From positions 160,001 to 224,000 of the forward strand of contig CAVUZH010000018.1 in assembly GCA_963745835.1 (NCBI GenBank): 64,000 bases of DNA, given 5' to 3'. A model generated the notes under the pieces. That model had not been told where the DNA came from and did not search any database. It saw only the letters and a program-made list of their open reading frames with translations. A program made the translations under genes and the position numbers. This DNA is from an uncultured delta proteobacterium. GTDB lineage: Bacteria; Desulfobacterota; Binatia; UBA9968. Each line of letters starts with the position of its first letter. Position 1 is the stretch's first letter. This document shows, piece by piece, positions 41,685 to 51,264 of this stretch.

Positions 41685-43113
41685 TCTCGTACCGCTTTTG
41701 CCGGCAGCGCAAGTCTTGCTGGCAGCTTTGGTGGTCATGCTGCTTGACCTATTTTTCGCCGAGCACGAAAAGCCGCTTCTAGCCTGGATCAGTATTTTCG
41801 GCTTGGCGCTGTGCGCGGTAGACGCCGTGCTGCTCTGGGGCAGCCGCGAAGGAGCATTCGCAGACACATTTCTCTTGGACAACTTCAGCTTGTTTTTTAC
41901 CCAACTATTTGTCGGCGCCGCGATTTTGACGGTTCTCTCCTCGGTTCGATACGTCAGGGAGGCCGGCATTCACGAAGGCGAATATTACTCGCTGATTCTG
42001 TTTGCTACCGCCGGTATGATCGTCATGGCGGCGGCCAATGATCTGATCGTTTTCTTTCTGGGCCTGGAAACCATGTCGGTTGCGGTGTACGTGCTGACCG
42101 GGATCTGGCGCAGCAGCGCTCGTTCAAGCGAAGCAGCCATGAAGTATTTTCTGATGGGCTCCTTCGCTACCGGCTTTTTGCTTTATGGCATTGCCTTGAT
42201 CTATGGCGCCACCGGAACGACCAATCTGACCGAAATTGCCGCCTATCTATTGGAGCCGCAAGAACAGTGGCCGCGATATCTTTCGGTGGGCGGTTTGCTG
42301 CTTCTGGTCGGTTTCGCGTTCAAAGTGGGCGCGGTGCCGTTTCATTTCTGGATACCCGATGTCTACGAGGGAGCGCCCACCCCGGTAACCGGCTTTATGT
42401 CGGTGGCCGTGAAAGCGGCGGCGTTTGCCGCCTGGGCGCGCATTCTGATGCACCAGCTATCACCCTTGGACAGCGACTGGGCTTATGCTGTGCGCGTGCT
42501 TGCCATTGCGACGATGACTCTCGGCAATCTATTGGCGATCTCGCAATCGAGCGTCAAGCGCATGCTGGCTTATTCCAGCATCGCCCACGCGGGTTATATA
42601 CTGATCGGCATTGTCGCCGGTGAGGAGTGGGGTAGCACATCCGTTTTATTTTATCTCGCCACTTATGTGCCGGTGACTTTTGGCGCGTTTGCCGTGATCA
42701 CGGCATTGACTGAAAGGGACCGACCCAAGGAAGAGTACGGACACTTTGCTGGTTTAGGTTTTAAGCGGCCGTTCTTAGCAATGGCGATGACCTTCTTCAT
42801 GCTCTCGCTGGCGGGCTTTCCGCCGCTCGCGGGATTCACCGGCAAGTTTCACATTTTTCGTTCAGCCATCGCCGCCGGCTACACGGATCTTGCGATTATC
42901 GGTGTGCTCAACAGTTTGCTGTCGCTGATCTATTATTTGCGGGTTATCGTGATGATGTACATGAGCGAGGGCGGGGTGCAGGGAAAATCTCTCGCCGAGT
43001 CTCCCTCTCTCTATGTCGCGGTCGTGCTGGCGACAGTAGCAACGATCTATCTCGGGATTCTACCGACGCGGGCTGTGGAATGGAGCCGAATCGCATATTC
43101 CACGCTGTTCTAA
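41674..43113 (+). CDS. nuoN: NADH-quinone oxidoreductase subunit N
   Basis: EAAMKYF, PFHFWIPDVYEGAPT, KRMLAYSSIAH. Confidence 0.96.
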   Translation: MDVNLVPLLPAAQVLLAALVVMLLDLFFAEHEKPLLAWISIFGLALCAVDAVLLWGSREGAFADTFLLDNFSLFFTQLFVGAAILTVLSSVRYVREAGIHEGEYYSLILFATAGMIVMAAANDLIVFFLGLETMSVAVYVLTGIWRSSARSSEAAMKYFLMGSFATGFLLYGIALIYGATGTTNLTEIAAYLLEPQEQWPRYLSVGGLLLLVGFAFKVGAVPFHFWIPDVYEGAPTPVTGFMSVAVKAAAFAAWARILMHQLSPLDSDWAYAVRVLAIATMTLGNLLAISQSSVKRMLAYSSIAHAGYILIGIVAGEEWGSTSVLFYLATYVPVTFGAFAVITALTERDRPKEEYGHFAGLGFKRPFLAMAMTFFMLSLAGFPPLAGFTGKFHIFRSAIAAGYTDLAIIGVLNSLLSLIYYLRVIVMMYMSEGGVQGKSLAESPSLYVAVVLATVATIYLGILPTRAVEWSRIAYSTLF

Positions 43114-43949
43114 TTGCCGGTTTTGAAGAAGCCGATCACGACCGGTACCTCTGAGGTGCCGCTGATAAACTCTTCATGGCTCCTGGTCTTGATGTAAAGC
43201 TGAGCTGATCCGCCGCCGTCTAGATTCAACAATTCCGTCGTCTCCAGTTGCCATTCCGGTCGGGAAAACAGTTCTTGCAGTTCGGCAAAACTCAACCCGC
43301 CAAGAACGGTATCGGTAACGCCGACGATAAGACGCTGCTGCTTGTCCATGCCGATTACCGCGCGCCGGCTGTATCGGCCCGCGCCCGGGATACTTGGCAC
43401 GGCCGCCCCCTGCTTCAATAGCAGCGGTCCGCTCTGAATCCCTTCCTGCGCATCGGTGAGTTGAAACTCGTCACGATGGACAATGAACGGCGTCGAATCC
43501 TGCACGCCAAAGACGCCGGTATAGAGAGCGTGTTTAGAAACGCTGCGATTGATCTCCTGGTTCGCCGTCTTCAGGAAGGCCAGAGGCTTGCCTTTCTCGT
43601 CGAAGTAGTTGGCGTTGATGGTGGCCACGGCCCCGCTTCGCTGGGCCAGCGTTTTCGCATCGGCGCTCTTTAGCTGAAATTGGGCACTGCTGATGATGCG
43701 CGCTAAAACCCGCTGACGGCCAAAGCGGACAAGGTTTAAATCAAACGAATAGCTCGGGTCAGAACGCTCGAGGGTCATTTTGCGGTGTTCAATGCCGGAG
43801 TCGAGAAGTTTCCAATCGCCGGGCTTGCGCACCGCCAGGGTGGAGCTCACCTTCGGTTTGGCTGCCGGCGCGGGTGCTTGTGCGGAAGTGAAAGTTGCAG
43901 CCAGCGTGAGCGACGAGAGCATCAGCAAGGAAAACGAGCGAAGCATCAC
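43110..43949 (-). CDS. Phosphodiester glycosidase (NAGPA-like) family secreted protein
   Basis: INANYF, QSGPLLL, RAVIG, LNLDGGGS; signal peptide. Confidence 0.87.
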   Translation of the reverse strand: MMLRSFSLLMLSSLTLAATFTSAQAPAPAAKPKVSSTLAVRKPGDWKLLDSGIEHRKMTLERSDPSYSFDLNLVRFGRQRVLARIISSAQFQLKSADAKTLAQRSGAVATINANYFDEKGKPLAFLKTANQEINRSVSKHALYTGVFGVQDSTPFIVHRDEFQLTDAQEGIQSGPLLLKQGAAVPSIPGAGRYSRRAVIGMDKQQRLIVGVTDTVLGGLSFAELQELFSRPEWQLETTELLNLDGGGSAQLYIKTRSHEEFISGTSEVPVVIGFFKTGN

Positions 43950-44069
43950 GTTCCGTCGAGTGTAGCAGAACCAATACGGTGAGGAAAGCGAAGAATATCG
44001 AGTTGCGGCTCGGCGAATTTTTCTGCTAAGTAACTCGACTATCCTAGCAACGAAAGAAGGACCAACAAT

Positions 44070-44288
44070 ATGCGAACGGCGTTAATCACCGGGATGGTGC
44101 TCGCCCTTGGAATCGGACTATCCGCTTGCGGCAAAGATGATAAGGACAGTGCAACGCGCGACGCAGAAATTAAGAAGGCGCTTCAGGAAGGATCGCAACG
44201 AGAGAAACAGATGTATGAAGGAATGCAGAAAGGTGTCGAAAATCTGGAGAAGCAGTCGTCACCGCAAAAGCAAGAGAAGACTCAATAA
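44070..44288 (+). CDS. Small lipoprotein
   Basis: Lipobox LSAC, AAGGA RBS. Confidence 0.75.
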   Translation: MRTALITGMVLALGIGLSACGKDDKDSATRDAEIKKALQEGSQREKQMYEGMQKGVENLEKQSSPQKQEKTQ

Positions 44289-44496
44289 CTAGGCTTGCTG
44301 ATCATTCGCCTTCGGTTTCTTGCGTTTTGCTGCGACGGGACATCCTTAAAATATCGTCAGTAAAACGTCGAAATGGAATGTCACCGAGCAGGTACGGAAG
44401 AGTCTCTGATTGCAATTGCAGGGAATATTTCAAAGGGCCAGCACGATTTGCATCAGTTGAGCGGAAACTTGCAACAAGATACGCTAACGGGCTGGA

Positions 44497-45612
44497 ATGA
44501 ACGCCCTCCGATACTCTCTGATCATCTCCGTCTCAGCACATGCATTTCTCTTAATCTGGCTAACCTTCACAGTCCCTCCAAGGAACAACCGAGTTTCGCA
44601 CCTAGAGGTCGCGCTGATGTCGCCGCCGCCAAGCCTCTCAAAAAGCGAGGGCAGTTCCCCGGTGCAAACTCGACAGCTGGTCAACAGGAATCAACCTGCA
44701 GTCAGCAGACGGCCGCTTACCTCCCGTAACACGGGGGCACCGCCAGAAAGTCTCGAAAATTTAGCGCAGTCTGCTGAGCCTCTAGCTGTGGACGGCGGCA
44801 CCGCCCCATTCAGTGCGTCGGACGCCTCCGCCCTAGGTGATCAAGCGGGCGATATCGCTATAGGCTCTGGAAGCGCGGTTTCGGTGCCAGAAGACGGGAT
44901 CGCAGGCACAAAAGGAGCAACTTCGAGACGAGACGGATCATCCCGCGAGAGCGCCAGCGCACCAGCCGGATCATCCAGGAAAAGCTCCACGCCGTCGGAT
45001 ATCGACTCGGCTTCTGGCGCAGTGATCCCCGGCTACGTCATCGATGCTGCTGGTTATCGGCCTCCGGATGCTGGAGCCATATATCCAGAAGTCGATAAAT
45101 ACGTGCTCTACAGCGCTGACAAGCGGACCGCCATTAACGTACTTGGTACGGAAGTTTGTACTGAGGGCGAGTTTCTACGCAGCAAAGAAGCCGCGATGAT
45201 TTCCGAAATCAAAACCGACTATTCCAAATGCCGTTATCTGGATTTCGGAGATGAGTCAGTGTCAGTAACGTGCCCCCCCGAAGCACAGACCAAGATCATT
45301 CACCATAATTCGTATTTATCCTCGCCTCTCGTCTACAGTGTTCGTACTTGCCTCGAATACGACACGTCAAATTGTTACCTGACAACTGATCAGGAAACTG
45401 AACGAGAAATGTGCCGCATAGATTTCGAATATGAAGGTCTCTGGGGCGAAGGCACTAAATTCTTTTATCGATGTTCTAAGTCAGAATCGCGGAGCTATCG
45501 ACAGCCTCTGGAATACAACATTCGATGGTTTATGGAAGTCTATATAGAGGAGCGCGGTTTGAGGCGACGTGAAGTTCTTCGGGAAACCAGAGCGGTTCCT
45601 AGATGTGCGTAG
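44497..45612 (+). CDS. Membrane-anchored hypothetical protein (TonB-like anchor, S/A/P-rich linker, Cys-rich C-terminal domain)
   Basis: SVSAHAFLL TM anchor; low-complexity linker; 8 Cys in the C-terminal half. Confidence 0.7.
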   Translation: MNALRYSLIISVSAHAFLLIWLTFTVPPRNNRVSHLEVALMSPPPSLSKSEGSSPVQTRQLVNRNQPAVSRRPLTSRNTGAPPESLENLAQSAEPLAVDGGTAPFSASDASALGDQAGDIAIGSGSAVSVPEDGIAGTKGATSRRDGSSRESASAPAGSSRKSSTPSDIDSASGAVIPGYVIDAAGYRPPDAGAIYPEVDKYVLYSADKRTAINVLGTEVCTEGEFLRSKEAAMISEIKTDYSKCRYLDFGDESVSVTCPPEAQTKIIHHNSYLSSPLVYSVRTCLEYDTSNCYLTTDQETEREMCRIDFEYEGLWGEGTKFFYRCSKSESRSYRQPLEYNIRWFMEVYIEERGLRRREVLRETRAVPRCA

Positions 45613-45818
45613 GTCCCTAAGTAGAACGTTAATGAAAGGATTTATGATAAGCGCCAGAAGCAGGGTGCCATCGACCCAAATTAGGAACGATTGCGACCGT
45701 TGGCTAAATTCCAAACCCACAGCCACCTGCTTAAACATCAGTTTAGTGGGCAACAATTGTGCGCGGGCAGTTTGAGGAGGATTAGGATGTTGGCAGGGGT
45801 TAAAACCTTGGCTCTTCG

Positions 45819-46712
45819 ATGATGACCACGGACCTGCAAACCGGCATGGCCTATGCTTTGTTGGCCGGTACCCTCTGGGGCATGGGTCCGCTCGCGCTCA
45901 AGCGCGCCTTGAAGCACACCAGTGTAGGAACGGCGACCTTGACCGAGCAATATCTATCGGTCTTGCTTCTTGGAGTGCTGGCGGCGTATCACGGCGAACT
46001 CGCTTATCTGGACTTTACCAGCCGCGCTTTCTGGGCGTTTTTTCTTGCCGGCGCCATCGGCGCCAGCTTCGGCAAGATTTTCTATTATAAGGGAATCGAT
46101 CGAGTCGGCGCGTCGAAAGCAACATCGGTGAAGAACAGTTCACCGATTCTGACGACCTTTCTTGCAGTCATTTTCCTTGGCGAAGAGATGTCCTGGTTGA
46201 TCCTGGCAGGAGTCCTGTTAATCGTCGCCGGCATCGCCGCTCTTACTCGCACCGAGAAAACCTCGACGGGAGGCCCCAATCGTCTCGAATATTTTTTGTT
46301 TCCGCTTCTCGCGGCGATTTGTTTCGGCATCAACCCAATATTCAAGAAGATCGGCATCAACGCGGTGAGCCTGCCGATACTCGGCGCTTTCATTACCCAA
46401 GCCACGGCATTGCTGGTGATGCTCACCCTCGGTCGGTTTTTTTCGGTCAAAGCAAAATGGGAGCCCATGCCGTTGAAGGCACTGGGGTTGGTGACCATTT
46501 CGAGCCTGACTGAAGCTCTCGGATCATTGTTCACGTTTTTCGCATTGATTCACGCGCCGGCGGTACTGGTTTCGCCGATGTGGCGCATCTCTCCGTTAGT
46601 CACGTTCGCGCTGGTGCGCTTTACCTTAAGAGGCATTGAAGTGGTGACATTACGCGACGGCCTGGCGGCGGGGCTCATTGTTGGTGGAGTCTTCGTTTTA
46701 ACTCGCGGCTAA
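45819..46712 (+). CDS. DMT/EamA family transporter
   Basis: About ten TM segments, two repeats, FLGEE motif. Confidence 0.88.
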   Translation: MMTTDLQTGMAYALLAGTLWGMGPLALKRALKHTSVGTATLTEQYLSVLLLGVLAAYHGELAYLDFTSRAFWAFFLAGAIGASFGKIFYYKGIDRVGASKATSVKNSSPILTTFLAVIFLGEEMSWLILAGVLLIVAGIAALTRTEKTSTGGPNRLEYFLFPLLAAICFGINPIFKKIGINAVSLPILGAFITQATALLVMLTLGRFFSVKAKWEPMPLKALGLVTISSLTEALGSLFTFFALIHAPAVLVSPMWRISPLVTFALVRFTLRGIEVVTLRDGLAAGLIVGGVFVLTRG

Positions 46713-46722
46713 CGCCGCGAGT
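46701..46722. terminator. Perfect 9-bp hairpin spanning the DMT stop codon
   Basis: ACTCGCGGC-TAAC-GCCGCGAGT; no U-tract. Confidence 0.4.
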
Positions 46723-46723
46723 A

Positions 46724-46873
46724 GTTCCAACCGTTCCAACTGTTCCAAACGTTCCAGCAGTTAAATACCAGGAGTACGGATCTTTGATTCACTCCGAAAA
46801 CGATTGGAACCATTGGAACATCTGGAACTGTTGGAACATCTTAGATCGGTGGAACCATTGGAACTGTTGGAAC
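46724..46873. repeat. Inverted arrays of 9-bp GTTCCA/TGGAAC units between convergent genes
   Basis: Four GTTCCAnnn units, then seven nnTGGAACn units in opposite orientation. Confidence 0.85.
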
Positions 46874-46877
46874 GACG

Positions 46878-47195
46878 TCAGGAGTTCGGAGTTATCTCAA
46901 AAACCACTCGCTCCATGAGTGGCGGCGAATCTCGCAGCGAAAGAATCTCGCGGCGCAGTTTGTCGTCGGTGACTTGCCTGGCGGTGCAGGAAAGTTTTTT
47001 ACCCTTGACGTTTAGTTCTACCGCCGGGGTCTTGAGCATGTTCTGGCACCAGTGCTTGCCCTTTACTTTGCTCGAGGACGCGTAATAGCTGCCGTTGTGA
47101 TAAACCAAGCGTAATTCTACGGTCCTTGGCTGGCCGGTTTTTCGTCCGATTGTTGTCAGATCCGCTATCAAAGTCGATCCATTCTTGAAATCCAT
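46878..47195 (-). CDS. Nitroreductase-family deazaflavin (F420)-dependent oxidoreductase-like protein
   Basis: LTTIGRKTGQPRTVEL, WCQNM..TPAV, RVVFEITP. Confidence 0.8.
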   Translation of the reverse strand: MDFKNGSTLIADLTTIGRKTGQPRTVELRLVYHNGSYYASSSKVKGKHWCQNMLKTPAVELNVKGKKLSCTARQVTDDKLRREILSLRDSPPLMERVVFEITPNS

Positions 47196-47324
47196 TGTCG
47201 AAAATATAAGCGGCTGCGAGTGACGGAGCAAGCGCAGCGTGCCGCATCTTGACGCTGTCACTGCTGCGAGGCTAAGCTTTCAGCATTTATTCAGTTCCAA
47301 TTAATTCAACACTTGGGAGGTATC

Positions 47325-48149
47325 ATGGCACGGCAACAAGCAACGGGAATTTCACCAATGACGATCCGCTTCGGCAAGAGTGTCGGCGCTGTACGGGCGC
47401 TGCCGAAGGCCAAGGGTAAACGGCCTGGAGTGATCATTCTCCATGAACGCTACGGCATCGATCAACACACCAAAGACTTAACCGTGAAACTTGCTCAAGC
47501 CGGTTTCGTCGGCTTGGCCCCCGATCTCTTCCATCGCTTTGACGGCGACCGAAAGGCTCTTCTTCGCGGCGAGCAAAGAGTCGACCTTACGGACGATGGC
47601 GCTCTGGAGGACTTGAACGGGGCGGTGGAATACCTCAAGCGCTCGCCCAATGTCGATGCAGCGCGCATCGGCATCATCGGCGTATGCCAGACCGGCCGCC
47701 AGCCGCTCCTTGTTGCGGCAAAGCGCAGTGACATCGCCGCTGCGGTGGTTCTTTATGGCGCGATCGGCGGTAAGGAATGGCTCTCCAATGAACTGAGACC
47801 GACAGCGGTGGAAGATCTGCTGGCGCAGGTCAATTGCCCGATGTTGGGTATCTTCGGCGAGGCCGATCACATCATTTCGGTCGAGGATGTGACTAGATTT
47901 CGCAATGCTCTGGAGAAAGCGAAGAAGGATTATCATATCCGGATTTACCGAGACGCTCCGCACGGTTGGTTAAACGACACGATGCCTGGACGTTACCGCA
48001 AAGAGCCGGCCAAAGACGCTTGGAATCTCATGATGTCATTCTTGAAAAAATGCTTCGCGAACGGTTGGGATCCAGACCGAATTTCATGGACTTTTGAAAG
48101 CGACTTTTCAAAGCAGTACGATTTCACCAAGAACGTCCGAATGGAATGA
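47325..48149 (+). CDS. Dienelactone hydrolase family protein
   Basis: VIILHERYG, APDLF, GVCQTG nucleophile, APHGW. Confidence 0.9.
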   Translation: MARQQATGISPMTIRFGKSVGAVRALPKAKGKRPGVIILHERYGIDQHTKDLTVKLAQAGFVGLAPDLFHRFDGDRKALLRGEQRVDLTDDGALEDLNGAVEYLKRSPNVDAARIGIIGVCQTGRQPLLVAAKRSDIAAAVVLYGAIGGKEWLSNELRPTAVEDLLAQVNCPMLGIFGEADHIISVEDVTRFRNALEKAKKDYHIRIYRDAPHGWLNDTMPGRYRKEPAKDAWNLMMSFLKKCFANGWDPDRISWTFESDFSKQYDFTKNVRME

Positions 48150-48817
48150 AGCAAAAGATGATGCGATCAGGACAAACCATTAAAACTTGTCGCGCGAGCG
48201 AGCAGCGGGAAGATACAAGAACTATCCGTTCCGGGGAGAAGCTGCCGCGCTCATTTTATGAACAACCGACATTGGATGTCGCCAAACAGTTGTTGGGCAA
48301 GTATCTCGTGCGCAAGCATCCGCAGGGAGTGACTGTCGGCCGGATCGTTGAAACCGAAGCCTACGTTGGACCGCACGATCTCGCCTGCCATGCATCGCAT
48401 GGTCGAACGCCGCGCACCGAAGTCATGTTTGGATTGGCCGGGCACGCCTATGTTTATTTTGTTTACGGCGTTCACTACATGCTCAATTTGGTCACCGAGG
48501 CGTTCAATCACCCCGCGGCAGTTTTGATCCGCGCCTTGGAACCTATCGATGGAATCGAATTGATGGAGACTCGACGAGGGACCGAGAAGCGCCGCAACTT
48601 ATGTAGCGGGCCGGGCAAGCTCTGCCAGGCCTTTGCTATCGACCGATCATTGAACGCTGCCGACCTTTGCGGCGATATCATTCATATCGAAGATAGCGGC
48701 GAGCCGATACCGAAGTTTTTGGCGAGACCCCGGATCGGGGTCGAATATGCCGGCAAATGGAAAGATAAACCGTTTCGTTTCTTAGTTCGCGGCAATGAAT
48801 TCATTTCTCGCCCGTGA
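48146..48817 (+). CDS. DNA-3-methyladenine glycosylase (MPG/AAG family)
   Basis: GRIVETEAY, YVYFVYG, VLIRALEP, GPGKLCQA, RIGV; start may be later. Confidence 0.93.
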   Translation: MKQKMMRSGQTIKTCRASEQREDTRTIRSGEKLPRSFYEQPTLDVAKQLLGKYLVRKHPQGVTVGRIVETEAYVGPHDLACHASHGRTPRTEVMFGLAGHAYVYFVYGVHYMLNLVTEAFNHPAAVLIRALEPIDGIELMETRRGTEKRRNLCSGPGKLCQAFAIDRSLNAADLCGDIIHIEDSGEPIPKFLARPRIGVEYAGKWKDKPFRFLVRGNEFISRP

Positions 48818-48861
48818 TACTCACAGGAGCAAATCACGTTTAATTTTTGTCTCGTTAACCA

Positions 48862-49356
48862 GTGAATGAGCCAGTATCAAACCTGATGTCAGGCCGGCAA
48901 TATACGATTTCTATCAACCTGGCGCCAGAGCGTTTGCTCTACGCCGGTCCGCTCATCCCCGGCGCCTGGAGGCGTACGCGAGACGAAGAAGAGGTCGGCT
49001 CGGTAGGTGGAGAGATATTGATAGACACTGGCGCGTTCGGCGCGATGATCGATGATGATGTCGCCGATCATTTGCGCCTGCCGATACGCGGCACAAAGGA
49101 AATTCATGGAATTCACGGCTACGGCACAGTTCGCTGCTATCAAGCAAAACTTGTGCTTCCGGCACAGGATCCGATCGGAGAAGACTGTGAATTCACAACA
49201 ATTATTGAATGCATAGGCGTGCCTTCCTTGGCAGAGAAGAACCGAGAGCACGGCGTCAACGTTATCGGGATCATTGGCAGGCAGTTTTTGCAAAATGTCC
49301 ATCTGGAGATCGACGGCGCAACCGGCAGACTCAAGCTACTCATCAGTGATCGATAA
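48862..49356 (+). CDS. Retropepsin-like aspartic protease
   Basis: ILIDTGA catalytic motif and GIIGRQFL. Confidence 0.78.
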   Translation: MNEPVSNLMSGRQYTISINLAPERLLYAGPLIPGAWRRTRDEEEVGSVGGEILIDTGAFGAMIDDDVADHLRLPIRGTKEIHGIHGYGTVRCYQAKLVLPAQDPIGEDCEFTTIIECIGVPSLAEKNREHGVNVIGIIGRQFLQNVHLEIDGATGRLKLLISDR

Positions 49357-49369
49357 GTAGATAATCCAC

Positions 49370-50128
49370 ATGGCAGAACGACAACAAGACGAAGTTGAAA
49401 AGCTGATTGCGGATAAGCTGCGTGATGCCGGAATTAAATTTGTCACGCAGCAGGCGATCGCGGGATTGGCGCCGGATTTCATCGTTTATGCTCCCGATGG
49501 CCGGCAGTTTATTGTTGAAGCTAAAAACTGGGACTTTCCAGGACTTAAAGCCGAGGCAAGCCGGCAAGCACAGCATTACCAGGATGCGGCGAAATCTGAC
49601 GGCGCCTTCATCGTGATTCCCTCGTTGAAGCGAGGCTCGCCCGACAAGGGCGTAGTAACCGTCGACGGCCTGGTGCCGGCGCTCAAGGCAGAGTTCGAAA
49701 ACAGCAAGGCACGCACGCACCCTACCGAAGCAACCAAGGTCAGCCGGATCGTTTTTGCGGCGATGCCGTTTGCGCCTCAGTATGAGGATGTATTTTTTAT
49801 CGCTATGCGCCAGGCCGCCGAGCAGGTGAGAGCAGTGTGCGAACGAGTCGATCGGCGCGAATTTCAAGGCAGCGTCGTCGATGAAATTCAGCGGCTGATT
49901 CGTCAATCGGTAGCGGTGATTGTCGATCTTTCCGAGGCCAAGCCGAACGTCCTCTATGAAGCCGGCTATGCTCATGCATTGAACAAGCCGTGCATCCATA
50001 TCTGTTCAACCTCGACCGAAAAACTCCCTTTCGATGTCAGCCACTGGAAGACGACGATGTATCATCCGGGCCAGACGCACAAATTGGCCAAAGAGCTGGC
50101 GCAGCGGCTCAAGGCGGTGCTCGATTGA
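49370..50128 (+). CDS. PD-(D/E)XK nuclease-like domain fused to nucleoside 2-deoxyribosyltransferase-like domain
   Basis: PDFIV...IVEAK; VFAAMPF, IVDLS..KPNVLYEAGYAHALNKP, LPFDV. Confidence 0.75.
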   Translation: MAERQQDEVEKLIADKLRDAGIKFVTQQAIAGLAPDFIVYAPDGRQFIVEAKNWDFPGLKAEASRQAQHYQDAAKSDGAFIVIPSLKRGSPDKGVVTVDGLVPALKAEFENSKARTHPTEATKVSRIVFAAMPFAPQYEDVFFIAMRQAAEQVRAVCERVDRREFQGSVVDEIQRLIRQSVAVIVDLSEAKPNVLYEAGYAHALNKPCIHICSTSTEKLPFDVSHWKTTMYHPGQTHKLAKELAQRLKAVLD

Positions 50129-50183
50129 TTGGAACGTAATTAAGAAAACATGACGCAGTGACAATTGTGTTCATGGTGCGGCG

Positions 50184-50312
50184 GGCACGGCGGCACTTGT
50201 TTGCCAGGGAGACCTGGGGGCGAAGCTCAAGCGGCGAGATTATCCTGAAGAGGCGATCGGCAAAATCCTGCGCGGCAACTTACAACGGATCCTGCGTTAG
50301 GTATTGCCATAG
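50184..50312 (+). pseudogene. 3' remnant of a membrane dipeptidase (M19)-like gene, copy 1
   Basis: KLKRRDYPEEAIGKILRGNLQRILR*VLP*. Confidence 0.6.
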
Positions 50313-50522
50313 TGATTTGCTTATGCCCGATTATAGGAGTACCGATTTCGATTTACGAGACCGAACAACCAAAGGTACCGACCTGACGGTGACGCTTGCG
50401 CTCAGCACATCGCCGTAGTGACTCGCCCATTCGCTGCGCCTTCAATTCACGGGGCAATCAGTAAGCTTCGCGCATGATTGGCCGAATCTTGAACAGCCAC
50501 ACAGCACTGATGTGTTGAGTTT

Positions 50523-50553
50523 ATGACCTAAAAATGGTTATGATCTAGTCATG
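50523..50553. promoter_or_regulatory. Putative TA operator inverted repeats
   Basis: ATGACC-N7-GGTTAT and ATGATCTAGTCAT directly upstream of and over the antitoxin start. Confidence 0.4.
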
Positions 50554-50802
50554 AATATAGTTAATGTGGCCATCCTGAAAGAAAAGCTGAGTTACTACCT
50601 TAACTTGGTCAAGTCGGGCGAAGAAGTCGTTGTGACCTCTCACCGGCACCAGGTCGCGCGTATTCTCCCTGTGACCACTCCTTCGGCTGAAATCATAGAA
50701 CCTACTCGTCCGGTCAAAGACTTACGAAAAGTAAAAGGTGTCAAGCTTCGTCGAACGGTCTCCGGCGTGAAATCACTTGTGGACGACCGTCGGCGCCGAT
50801 GA
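50551..50802 (+). CDS. Phd/YefM family antitoxin
   Basis: VNVAILKEKLSYYLNLVKSGEEVVVT...VARILP. Confidence 0.9.
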   Translation: MNIVNVAILKEKLSYYLNLVKSGEEVVVTSHRHQVARILPVTTPSAEIIEPTRPVKDLRKVKGVKLRRTVSGVKSLVDDRRRR

Positions 50803-51218
50803 TTGTATATGTCGACACTTCCGTTGTCTTGCGCGTTCTCTTACACGAGTCAAACCCGGTCGGGATTTGGGGCCAATGGAACAAAGCCTATAGTAGTGCG
50901 TTGTGGCGTGTTGAGGCGTTGAGAACTGTGGACCGGCTCCGGTTAACTCACGAAATCTCCGATACCGAAGTCGCGGAGCTGGTGCGCGATATACAAATTA
51001 CCCATGAAACCTTCGCCATCCACCCCATCACGAACCAGGTTCTTCAGCGAGCAAGTGAAACCTTTCCGACGGTGGTTGGAACCTTGGACGCTATGCATCT
51101 CGCCACGGCGCTGTCGATACGCGAAGTCGAAAGCTTGGATTTATTGTTGACCCACGATTCTCAGCTCTCCACCGCCGCCAGAAGTCTCGGGTTCGAGGTT
51201 ATGGGAATCGATCAGTAA
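50799..51218 (+). CDS. vapC: VapC/PIN domain toxin
   Basis: YVDTSV, TLDAMHLATA, THD..L; ATGA overlap with antitoxin. Confidence 0.9.
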   Translation: MIVYVDTSVVLRVLLHESNPVGIWGQWNKAYSSALWRVEALRTVDRLRLTHEISDTEVAELVRDIQITHETFAIHPITNQVLQRASETFPTVVGTLDAMHLATALSIREVESLDLLLTHDSQLSTAARSLGFEVMGIDQ

Positions 51219-51264
51219 TAAGGAGAACAAAATCGCACCCAGCCCTGAGATCATATCAAATGGC

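Noticed and set aside
46724-46873. CRISPR array
   Set aside because: Units are 9 bp with no unique spacers and no cas genes.
46804-47085. ORF with LE(H/P/L)LE repeats
   Set aside because: It is a translation of the 9-bp DNA repeat and runs antisense to a real gene.
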